Shown: in pieces, positions 26,401 to 36,050 of the stretch | Numbering within the stretch: the first letter of the stretch is position 1 | How the letters are laid out: each line of letters starts with the position of its first letter | From: Octopus sinensis | Lineage: Eukaryota | Direction: 5' to 3' | Assembly: GCF_006345805.1 (NCBI RefSeq) | Contig: NC_042998.1 | Span: forward strand, 97,650,001-97,714,000 | DNA length: 64,000 bases | Notes under the pieces: model-generated | The model's input: the letters and a program-made list of their open reading frames with translations, nothing else | Told to the model about the DNA's origin: nothing | Database searches by the model: none | Program-made: the position numbers and the translations under genes

Positions 26401-26731
26401 AAAAAAAATGTAAAAAGATAAAAAAAATGAAATTATACAACACAGAATCAATTCAGATTTTGTGACTAAATTTTTTTTTTTAACAAAAACAGGATTACCT
26501 GAAGACTACCTCTCAAGACTAAAGAAACTACTTCACAATAAAAAAAAAATATCGGACTCATGGACATTACGTGTGAGTAAATGAATGTTAGCTTAATATA
26601 TAAGTTACACAAAGGGGAAAAATACAATATCCTTATGAACATCTGAAAAACTAAAAAGAGAACTTACCATCATAATTATTTTGTGCACCTTCAGAATTAC
26701 TGGAGTTTAAAAAATCATTCAATACCTTCAT
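7929..26731 (-). CDS. IVNS1ABP: Influenza virus NS1A-binding protein homolog (BTB-BACK-6xKelch, KLHL family); spliced CDS, 12 coding exons, 727 aa
   Basis: Exons 26668-26731, 26095-26395, 22913-23037, 18130-18261, 16064-16182, 15150-15269, 14218-14350, 12534-12785, 10872-11117, 10646-10771, 9018-9191 and 7929-8320 join in one open frame (2184 nt) with GT-AG introns. Motifs matching NS1-BP as I recall it: [68 protein letters not shown]..IFQ. Confidence 0.9.
9018..9191 (-). CDS. IVNS1ABP: Coding exon 11, Kelch 4-5
   Basis: (G)[33 protein letters not shown]...RRGAGADIIE; acceptor gatag, donor GTAATG. Confidence 0.93.
10312..10460 (-). mobile_element. 5'-truncated RTE 3' end
   Basis: cagctggatgcccttcctaatgccaaccactttac is the shared RTE terminal motif. 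Confidence 0.75.
10646..10771 (-). CDS. IVNS1ABP: Coding exon 10, Kelch 3
   Basis: (G)VVALNNKIYCIGGCTGQRCIADCEAYDPVTNKWHSIALLNE; acceptor ttattag, donor GTTTGT. Confidence 0.93.
10872..11117 (-). CDS. IVNS1ABP: Coding exon 9, Kelch 1-2
   Basis: (G)[14 protein letters not shown]...LYACGGSDGHHELRSVECYD...W; canonical splice sites. Confidence 0.95.
11235..11671 (-). mobile_element. Young full-length OR-type SINE in intron 8
   Basis: Full family sequence with many CpGs intact; T-rich target. Confidence 0.92.
12534..12785 (-). CDS. IVNS1ABP: Coding exon 8, Ser/Pro-rich linker and start of Kelch 1
   Basis: (E)RTSVGITIMNGSLSIVTLHLRP...MSTARCSFGLAILNKNLVAV; acceptor atttgcag, donor GTAAGT. Confidence 0.93.
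14218..14350 (-). CDS. IVNS1ABP: Coding exon 7, linker
   Basis: LANCKNKMD...[15 protein letters not shown]; acceptor tactttttcag, donor GTTAGT; phase 0-1. Confidence 0.88.
15150..15269 (-). CDS. IVNS1ABP: Coding exon 6, linker
   Basis: THMLYLNNNQTLQDCGFLDDSSLEEDDMIKDYKLLSKKKQ; acceptor actttag, donor GTAAAC; phase 0-0. Confidence 0.88.
16064..16182 (-). CDS. IVNS1ABP: Coding exon 5, BACK domain
   Basis: (G)ADETILGNKIDAHIFHLVFNWAKNMLAQARGSFNYLTEQ; acceptor ttccaattag, donor GTTTGT. Confidence 0.88.
17351..17940 (+). mobile_element. 5'-truncated CR1/L2-group LINE with (ATT)n tail, in intron 4
   Basis: FASPVWNSYLAQDINRLEAIQRCATKRIP...RGHIYKVRKQ...FRKHFFTLRVAEAWNKLP; one frameshift near 17585; 3'UTR then attattatt. 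Confidence 0.9.
18130..18261 (-). CDS. IVNS1ABP: Coding exon 4, BACK domain
   Basis: (E)IRWCAGDNDQLKTQIDAYIQKHV...LPRILIEIV; acceptor ttgcag, donor GTAAGT. Confidence 0.92.
22913..23037 (-). CDS. IVNS1ABP: Coding exon 3, end of BTB / start of BACK
   Basis: (R)LQLPGAEVKTVYKAAMQFRIASAAKACSDFLVANLSPSNCL; acceptor cctcctgcag, donor GTATTT; phases 2 to 1. Not captured in frame by the ORF track. Confidence 0.9.
23255..23464. mobile_element. piggyBac-type MITE
   Basis: TTAA|ccctttagca ... tgctaaaggg|TTAA: TTAA duplication and terminal inverted repeats. Confidence 0.88.
26095..26395 (-). CDS. IVNS1ABP: Coding exon 2, BTB/POZ domain
   Basis: FCDVKLVVGKHEISAHKAVMAAVSTYF...FQHLLNYAYTG; acceptor poly-T CAG, donor GTAAGT. 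Confidence 0.95.
26668..26731 (-). CDS. IVNS1ABP: Coding exon 1 (MKVLNDFLNSSNSEGAQNNYD+G)
   Basis: ATG at 26731 with in-frame TAA four codons upstream; donor GTAAGT at 26667-26662; phase 1 joins exon 2 in frame. Downstream Met codons in exon 2 are alternative starts. Confidence 0.7.
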
Positions 26732-27889
26732 TGTAAGGTTTTAGAGACAGTAAAAGCAATGCTAGATTGTAGAAGAAGCGTCTAGACAGAGACCTTTCTA
26801 AAGCTCATATACCTCAGCAGCCTGTTAGATACTATTAATATATAAGCAACCAATGCTGGGGAAGATTGGAATGCAGCTGCTGATTCAGCTGCTGAAGGTA
26901 TGCCTGATAAGCTGACAAGAAACAGGTTATTTTCAAAATCTTTTGCATAATCCTTATTAAGTCTTACTGACGTGTCACAAACTTAGCAGACGATTATTTC
27001 TTGAACTTTAATTCTCGAGTACATACTGGAATGTTACTTCTGAATAGTAATATTCCTAGTTGAACATGGTGGCCAACAACAATAATTTGTTGTAAATTTA
27101 TTATAATGAACAGGGGGAATGTAGTGACTTCAGTGACCTCTGCTTCATCTCATATCACTTCCCCTCAAGCACTCCCAACTTGCTCATTTCTTTTCTGTTT
27201 CTGTCACACATCATTCACAATAATCATTACCAAAGTCCTTTTTCAGAATATTTTCCCCTTTAACTGTTGTCTTCCAACATCTGGAGACATGAACTTTCTG
27301 CCTAAGAGGGTGAGCAAAGACCATGGGCACAATCCCTTCCTCCTAAACAACACAAGAGTAGACTATATATGTACATATATGCAGTTTCCGTGCCCTGATT
27401 ATCAATCACCAGCTATGGTACTACTCATCTGTGTGCACATACACATTCAAAACTACCTGTTTTTCCCTATCACTACTCCAAAACCCTTTTTTTTTGCATG
27501 CATCTCAACTTCATATTATAAAATTCAGAGATTTTAGCTGGTAATTCCTATGACTATTTATTTTCTGCCAACTACTTACTATAGCAAAAACAAGCTATAC
27601 TTCATCCCACAATCAGTTCCACTTTATATGATTGAACTCTTCTCACAGAGAAAAGCCTTTATCATAGTTTATTAGGGGAAGTGGGGCATCTAAAACAGAT
27701 GAAAAGAAAACAAATTCACAGATCTGAATAGAGAAGTACTGTTATGGGGGCTGTTTGTTAAGCATTCTAACATGCTTGCTAATAGCATAGAAAATAGCTC
27801 AATTATTGTCAGATTTTTAAATATATTACAATTTGTAATGTATTGTTTGAAGATACCCCCATACTAAATTCATCACTGAAAAAGGTTGC

Positions 27890-28110
27890 TGACTCATTGT
27901 ATCTTCGTGCACAGCATGCACAGCCTTCACAAATCTTTATCAACACCTAGCTTCCTTAGTGGCCTTCCAAGTCAATAAATGCTAGGAATAGTGATCTACT
28001 CTAAACCATATATTTCTCCTGCAGTTGCCTCACTCAGAAGATAGTATCCAGGCATGAAGCCACCTGTCATGGATCAGTTGTCTCCATAACCTGATCCAGT
28101 TGTTTGTTTC
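27890..28110 (-). mobile_element. Degenerate RTE reverse-transcriptase fragment
   Basis: GFMPG..IF*VRQLQEKY..FLAFIDLE..RKLGVD..VKAVHA, with deletions. Confidence 0.7.
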
Positions 28111-31025
28111 TTCTGGAATTTTTTTCTCACATATTGCACAGCACATGCCTTTCTGAAATCTCAACTTAACAGTATTTACTGATTGTATCCAATATGCCTG
28201 ACCAAACATCCTTTTATTTAACTATTAAATAGGTCAGATTCATACTTCATAGTCACAAAACAAAATTTCTAGCAAAACTTGCCCCAGCTTTCCTGGCATG
28301 TGCAGAAAATGTATGAAACCCCAAAATACAAGTGGGATGAAATTGCTGTAAGCCTTCTCAATTTCTGCCAGTTGAGTTGTTCTGTAACAGCATTGAGAAA
28401 ATGCTCAACCATGATCTCACAAGCACTGCTGTACCAACAGTGAGATACATCTCAGTACCGTGTTCATTCGTCTAACTAAGGGTGAAATTAAGGGAGTGAT
28501 CTTAACTGTTTGTGATAAAAAAAATTAATTATACAAAGGCTAAATATTTTTGCTGTATTGTTTACTTATAGAGCATATCAAAAAAAGATAGTTACACAAA
28601 TATTTTTACAATGTAACCTTGTATATGGTTACATGCTACATCAATTTCGACTCATATCTTTTTGTAGGGCCAGAAGTTGCTGTAAGCCTTCTCAATTTCT
28701 GCCAGTTGAGTTGTTCTGTAACAGCACTGAGAAAATGCTCAACCATGATCACACAAGCACTGCTGTAACAACAGTGAGATACGTCTCAGTACCGTGTTCA
28801 TTCGTCTAACTATGGGTGAAATCAAGGGAGTGATCATCAAAACAAGAATCCAAGGTACTTAAAAAGTAACAATGCTGAGATCTTCAAAGCTGATCTTAGT
28901 TGCTTCATGTATATTTCAAGCATTCAGAATATTGGATGCTCACCCTAATCTATACAGCACTACAAGTTTTAATTCTGCTATCAAAGGCAAATTGGACTAT
29001 GTATAACTATATCAGTACTGATCAATAACATTTCAAAGAGTTACATTATTCTCCTGGGCCAATTTCATTATGCTACAAATGCATTTACATATTTAAAACA
29101 TGATGGTCTCCATGGATCAGTTGATTTTTTTTTCCACCATCAGTGAGTCTTTGAAAACTTAGCAAGCTATTTCTGTGTTGCACAGACTGTCACCTTGAAT
29201 AACACAGGAACAAATATTCTGCCACCTGATGAAGGTTTACTATTCCAATTAGTCAAAGAGTGATGTATTTTGGATAAAAACAAGGCATCTGACCAGGTTA
29301 AATTTTGTTCATCTTTTAGAGTTGAAGTTCTATATCATATTAAAGTATATTACATATTAGATATTGCTCAAACTGACATCACTATGCCTTCACCATGCTG
29401 CTATTAATCTGGCCTTATAGTGTTTAACAAAGCTACACATCAAAATAGACACTCACATTAATTACTAGACTGAAAGTCTAGTCTTTGTTGGCATAATGTA
29501 GAACATCCTCAGATTATATACAACCTGAACTGTAGCACATAACAGCAGGATCAAAGAGAAGAGCCAATTTGCAGAATGCTTAATATTAAAATTTACTGAA
29601 GTAGCTTTTCACCTAATGTTTCTGCTTTAGCTATCAACAAGCTCATCCAAATAAGTTGGAATATAACTGACTGTTGATACATAATCTCCGACCACTTCTA
29701 ACCTGAAAACTGGGGTACGGCTTAATTCCAGGAAAGTTCAAGCTCTGAACTGGTCAGTCAGTGTATAAACAAACAATTTAGATTTTTTATAACAGGTAAA
29801 ATAGTATGGTTAACATGACAGGTTAACGAATACCAGAACATACAAATTGTGTATATTCTAATATCCATTAACTTGTCAGGTTTATTATGTTGTCAACATC
29901 TGACAACTGACAATGGCTGGGAAACTAAGAGAGAGGATTTCCAAATATTTATTCTATTACCCTCTTGACCCGGCTCTCTTCTCAAACAGCTGTGTGACAA
30001 AGAAATAAACAAATGGAGTTAGGGCAAGGAAGAGACTCCTTTCAGAATTGCGAAGAGAAAGAGAGATTTTTTGGTGCTGGTGAACAGAGACATTTCCCAT
30101 ACTGGTGTGATAAGATGCAGCCAACATTTCTGTGAAGTGGCTGGCAGAGACAACCAAAGACTTGTGAGTGGAGAGAGATATGCATCTCACTTTGATAGTC
30201 ATAAAGCTATTGTTACTGTTAAATAGTGCCAGACAATACCAATTTTGCAAAATGTCTGATCATGGGGAAATATTACCAAACAGATATGGGTTGGCAGTTC
30301 ACAAAATTTTGATGGGCTATTTTCAAGCAAAACCAACCAATCTATTCATTAAGTTAGTTGGCCATTGTGGAACTACTTTTGTTCTAGCCTTGCTGTTATG
30401 AGTGCATCTATCAGAACCATGATATATTAAGTCATGTTGATACTTGTTCATTTGTATTCATTCTTATTTTTCCAAGATATAATGTCACTAAGTTGGAAGT
30501 AAAAAAAAATAAAACAAACAGAAAAAGACATTAACTAGGAGGGTTTTTACTGCTTAACAAGATCATAACCTCCATGTCTGTATATCAATGATCTTGCAAA
30601 TTGAAAAAGAAACACTTAGAAATTTATGGTTACTCTCACTAAAACTGGGCTTGCTGTCAATCACTGGGTATGTGAAGTCAATCCTATAATCTTTTATGTT
30701 GATCATCTTGATTGCAAGAGATCTAAACATTGAAAGCTGTAAGCCTCCTCATGGACGAACTGGTTCTATACAAGTTAGTTAACCCATTTGTTACCATATT
30801 TCTGTTGGCATACACTTTTACTTCAGTTAATTTTGGAAATAACTAAGAGTTTAGTATAACGTCATTAAGCTAAACTTCGGAATATTAACATTAAATTTCA
30901 ATGGAAGGTTTTAATTTAAAATAGGAAGTTCGTATCCTGGAACATTCTCAATGACTGGCATGACAGCAACACCACTGTCAACTGCAACCAAAACAAAATG
31001 CACCAAGAGAAATTACAGACCTTAA

Positions 31026-31183
31026 CCCTTTGAACCCTAGATACCAATTGTCCTGAGCACCCTCACCCCAGCAGTTACTTACTGTCTGGTTTTCCAATGC
31101 AGAAAATACTGGCTGGTAAAGCAGCTGCCGGGGTATCTATCTGCAGCTGACAGCTGGAATAGTGGCCACTGGGGTTCTGAGGG
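31026..31183. mobile_element. piggyBac-type MITE (158 bp)
   Basis: TTAA|ccctttgaaccc ... gggttctgaggg|TTAA. Confidence 0.82.
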
Positions 31184-31440
31184 TTAAGCTGATGAATTAA
31201 TTTTGAAAATGGTAAAAAGTATCATTGTATTGGAAAACATGGTTTCTGTCAGGACATTAAACTACAGTTGCTACTTATAGTGAGATTACGGAGTTCTTAA
31301 TTGAGAACAATAACATATTCATTGACCTAGAAAAGGACTACTTTTGACTATTGTCCCATGCTATAGTCTACTGTTTTAAGAGAAAGTTGAGTATACGTAA
31401 ACAACTTATGATGATAGTGAACATGAAGTGTATATGAGAT

Positions 31441-31503
<63 letters not shown>

Positions 31504-31928
31504 CACAAAAGAGTTGTATGTTGACTAATGTTGGAATAGACCAAAAACTAAGACAAGTACTGAGGAGAAATCTGACTAAAGCGGTATAGCAGGGTCGTGA
31601 TGATTGGAAATTTATTATATTGCAAATCCAATCACTATAGAATGTACATGTCAAGTTCGCAACAGACTTGGGAGCTTAAAACTCAACAGACAAGAGGGTG
31701 CATCATTAACAAACTCTAGATGATGAATTGTTGAACCAAATGCCTTGTGCTTGCTATTTGCTTGAACTGTTAGTGTTCTAAATTTAAATATCACCCTTTT
31801 AGTTGTCGACTTAATCCATGGATCAGTTTCACACTATTGCCTGGCAACTTGAATGCCCTTAGTGGAAGTCCCATCTATTGCAAGCATTCAAGGTAGGTTT
31901 CCGGTTTAAGGATAGTCCTCCTTCCCAC

Positions 31929-32330
31929 CTGTTGAGAGGGTTATAGGCATTGCCTTCTCCCCCTGAAAAAAGTACAAATAAAACTAGAAACCCTTCTTAA
32001 TTTAAAGTAACAAGCAAAGCAGACCTACAGCCTTTTAAAATAACAGTCGCCTAACATAACATGAAATAAAGAAATGGAACACTAGAAGCATCTTTAATAA
32101 AGGAAAGTTTTAGTACCTCAAAATCCAGTAAAACTATACCGTCACAATAGTAGCCCAATCAAAATTTTTTAACTCAATCTTTCAGAGACATCAGTAATTC
32201 AAACCGATTAAATTGGTTAAGTCACAGAGAAAGTACTCAATAAGTGCAGCAAAACACTGCTATATCAAGTGTTACAAAAATAATTTAGACGTAAGATGGA
32301 TTACGAGAATGGTGAAGAGTGATGGAAGAG
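31929..32330 (-). promoter_or_regulatory. Candidate 5'UTR exons / TSS region of the kelch gene
   Basis: Strong minus-strand acceptor (ttttatttgtacttttttcag, exon edge 31962); candidate donors near 32074 and 32118; sits at the boundary where CpGs become frequent. No transcript evidence. Confidence 0.4.
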
Positions 32331-32371
32331 GGAATCTAATAAAATAGTTTCAGTGCTTTGATAAGTTGTCT

Positions 32372-32885
32372 TAAGGTAAGACTTCCGCCCTCCCGTCCCC
32401 ACCCCCAAACCACCCTTAAATTTTTTTTTTTTACACAAACCCCGCTTTTCTGCTACGAGGAATACGAATCTGCAAAAAAAATTGGCAAAAATCGACATTT
32501 CTAAATTAACACCCACCCAACCATTTCATTTTTCACTTTTTTCAGAAATTTTTTTTCAAAATGTGCAGAAACATACGGAGATTATGATTCTGAAAAAACA
32601 TTTTCCAAAATTTTTTTTAAGAATTTTTTTTCCCTAAATATGCGGGAAAGTACGGACATTATGATTCGGACCATTTCAAAACATTTCTGTACTTACGGTT
32701 TGGGTTTTAGGGTTTAGGGTGTTAGGGTTAATGTTGGGTAATTTTCCGGAACCTCCGTATCCGAAAACGGGGATTTTTGGCAAAAAAAAATGATATAATG
32801 AAATTATTGCATACAGTGCTCAGGTGCACCACAATTTTGGGAGAAAATGGGGGAGGACGGGCGGAAAGTTATTTACATAACCTTA
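32372..32885. mobile_element. MITE-like element with imperfect terminal inverted repeats
   Basis: taagg..cttccgccctcccgtcccc versus gggggaggacgggcggaaag..cctta; internal repeats tacgga(g/c)attatgattc; superfamily not assigned. Confidence 0.5.
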
Positions 32886-35799
32886 CAAAACCAATTAAAT
32901 CAGCCCTTCTTTTTCGTAAGAGTACTTCTATTATTATACCAAGCGTGGGTAAGGCTGTACTTTGACAGGCATATGCTATGAAGGGAGCTGAGGAACAGCC
33001 CTTGCATGGATGCGTAACGTACTGGAAAATGATTAAACATTATCCTAGCTGAAAACCTATCATTTAAGCCTCATCGAGCAGGCTTATAATCAAAGATTAT
33101 TCCAACCGAGACCATCCTATCTGTTCGCATTGCGAAGTCTGCATTGTCCAATCTATTCTTTCACCGTAAAGGTAGATACAACTAATTTTACTGTTATATC
33201 GAGCTGGTTAAGCGACCGCATAGATTCTCCGTTGGCTCGTTGCCATCTCTTCCTCGTGAGCATGCTGTCTAGATTTATAACTTGAAACCACGTGGTAATC
33301 CATTTTAAAGACGACTGATCATTGAAAATTTGAACACTAGATCGAACGAACTGAAGCGTCGATAATATTATTATTATTATTATTATGGTACTAATAAAAA
33401 TTCAAGTTCCCATATCACCCAACTTTCTAGCATATTTAGGCGATATGAAAGTTATTTTTCTGTTGTTCAAAATGCATACAAAACTAGAATATGACGGCAA
33501 TACTTTCTGCATAAAATATGCATTCATTATAAAAAAAAAAATCCCCACTACCACGAAGCAACTGTCACGTCTGTTTTCAATGAATAGAAAAAAAAATCCA
33601 TTTTGTGACGAAAACAATTAACATTGGGTTTTCGTTAACAGATTTTTTTCAACTTGAAATGTATACTACTATATAGGATAGCGAGATAAAAATCTGAACA
33701 TAGCTAGCTACTCGCTGGATTACTGTGCCTTTCTGTAAGCACACAAAAGAGAATATTCACAGAAGTATTCTTCTTAAATGAAGAGTTGCGGTTACAGACT
33801 GGTTGCCATGGCTTATAAAATATAAACATTTAATGCTAATCCTAATAGCAATGCAATGTTGGTCTGCAACACAAATTAGAAATTAAAGCAATAGATTTTA
33901 CAAAGTTTACATTATTCTATATTTTCACAAGTAATTGTTGCTGTCAAGTTGATTGGCAGTTTTTTGTTTTGCTTTTATCAACACGTGGTTAATGGCCGTC
34001 TGATATTCTTACAAGGACGGATTTATTTTTAAACACCCAACGCCATTACCAAAATTTAGCCAAATGATGACCAGCAAAACGTCAACATAATTAGATTTTT
34101 TTTGTCTTTTCAAAATTAAATTTTTTCAAATAATCATTAAGTTTAGTCGCGGAGGATTTTTTTTTTAATTAGTGTAACATAAGGGACATACTGAACTTAA
34201 AACATTACAATCTTCAGTATTACTTTATTCTTTTTTTTTCGTGTAGATAGATTTTATGTAACAGAAAATGTAGGTGTTTTTAGCACAATTTTGGAATAGC
34301 TGCCTCTCAAAATGACGTAACTAACTCATGAGACGGATCTTTTTTCATTTTCATTTTTTTTTTCAAGTATTCCTCTTAATCATAATTCTTTAAATTTTTT
34401 TTACTCTTTCTTCCACTTCCTAAGAACAGCTTCGATGATTTAAATTTTTCTTTCACATTTTTTATTACGTAAGGAATAGAAATCTTAATTAAAAAATACA
34501 TTAAGTTTCGCTCTGAAGGACAACAGTAAATGAACAACAATTCAAAAGAAAAAAATCCTCGATTACATATACTTTTCAAGGAATACCGCTATATCCCTAT
34601 AAAAATATGGCAACCCAAAATACAGGCGGCATTACATGATGCACTCTCGCGAGTATCGTCATCACCTGATATGTCGTCTGTAAGGCGAGACGCTAACGAT
34701 GACATAAACTTCGTTGTCAGCAGCCCAGCTCCAACATAACATATCAAATTGCCATAGGTTGAAAAATATTAGTTACCACCAAATTACATGTCAGAATCTT
34801 AATATCATTCGGCAACAGTCTATCTCTAACGCAGTATTTTAGATGGGCTTATGGCGCGAAAAAAATCTATCAGCGACATCCCATGAGATAGAATTTAAAC
34901 CAAGGACAGATGGCAAGTCGCTCAGGCCTAGACAATCCCACTGGCTCCATGATGTCAAAAATTAAATTTATATAAATTATTACAAGAATGTTAGTTAATA
35001 AATAGGTTTCGTTCTTTTCCGTGACGAAAGCATTTATTCAACATGCGACTTTCTTTATCAGTAAAACCTGTTGATTTATATCCTCATTTACCTCAGGTCA
35101 AACTCTACTAAAAAAAAATCACTAAATGTAGTTCTAGATTATTTTTCATTCAAGAGATCACAGCTGGAATACTGGGACAAAAAAATATAGTTTTTGATTC
35201 TTAGATCACAAGAAAGCAATTTTATGCAATATATTTTTAAAAAAAGGATAACTTTTATCAAATGTTATTAACAATAAAGAGTAAGGCCACGTAGGGGTTC
35301 CGTTATTGGCTCGTGACATAACCGTAACACATAAGACTAAAATTTATTTTTCATATTTTACCTAAAAAAAAATTATGAAAACAATTTCAAACATTGCCCT
35401 TTTTTAACCAATTAAATTGAAAAAAAAAATTTCTTGACCAGACAAAAAAAATAATAAAACAGCTTTTGATATTCGGTCGATCAAACTTTTGGCAGAGATA
35501 GCTCATAATTTCACTTCTATTCCACAGACAAATTTATTTTAAAAGCATAAATGGCAGGATTCTATTTAACTTTCAATCACCCATAATATGAACGTTTGGC
35601 ATTAGACAAAATTATGTAATTACTACACCTGGAACTCCGTTCAAATAAAGATTCAAAATTAGAAATATAACATTCCAAATTGCAACCAAGCTGAGAGCTC
35701 AATACAACTTATAGTTGCTAGATAAAGTTCTCTCATCTAACTAAACCAAGTTTGCTTTGCTTTTATTTTTATCAGCAAGCAACGGGGCAATCTAAGCAC

Positions 35800-36050
35800 T
35801 CTCTAGTGGAAGCGCAGCACATGTGGTGCTGGATCAACAAACGCGATCCAATAACACAATAGTGGCGAACACTGGCATCGAGAGCGAGATAGGTTCAAAC
35901 TTATGAGAGAAACTATGATGATCAATATGATTGGACCAATGAATCCATCTCGAGATGTATAGTTGTTTGTGTTCATTTCAGATTGATGAATCACTGTTGC
36001 TTGGAAAGAAGAAATACAATCATGGATTCTTAGAAATCAAAGACCCACAG
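35800..36050 (+). mobile_element. Merlin / IS1595(ISXO2)-like transposase remnant
   Basis: Ordered patches MWCWIN, ANTGI, DRFKLMRE, MIGP, then QIDESLLLGKKKYNHG (35979 onward), matching the IDES..GKRKYNRG motif; broken by stops and frameshifts. Confidence 0.65.

Noticed and set aside
27106-27537. 143-aa plus-strand ORF
   Set aside because: No recognisable domain, composition typical of AT-rich non-coding DNA, no supporting splice structure.
32699-32738. True telomere or fusion scar
   Set aside because: Only three imperfectly spaced TTAGGG units, inside a MITE-like element.
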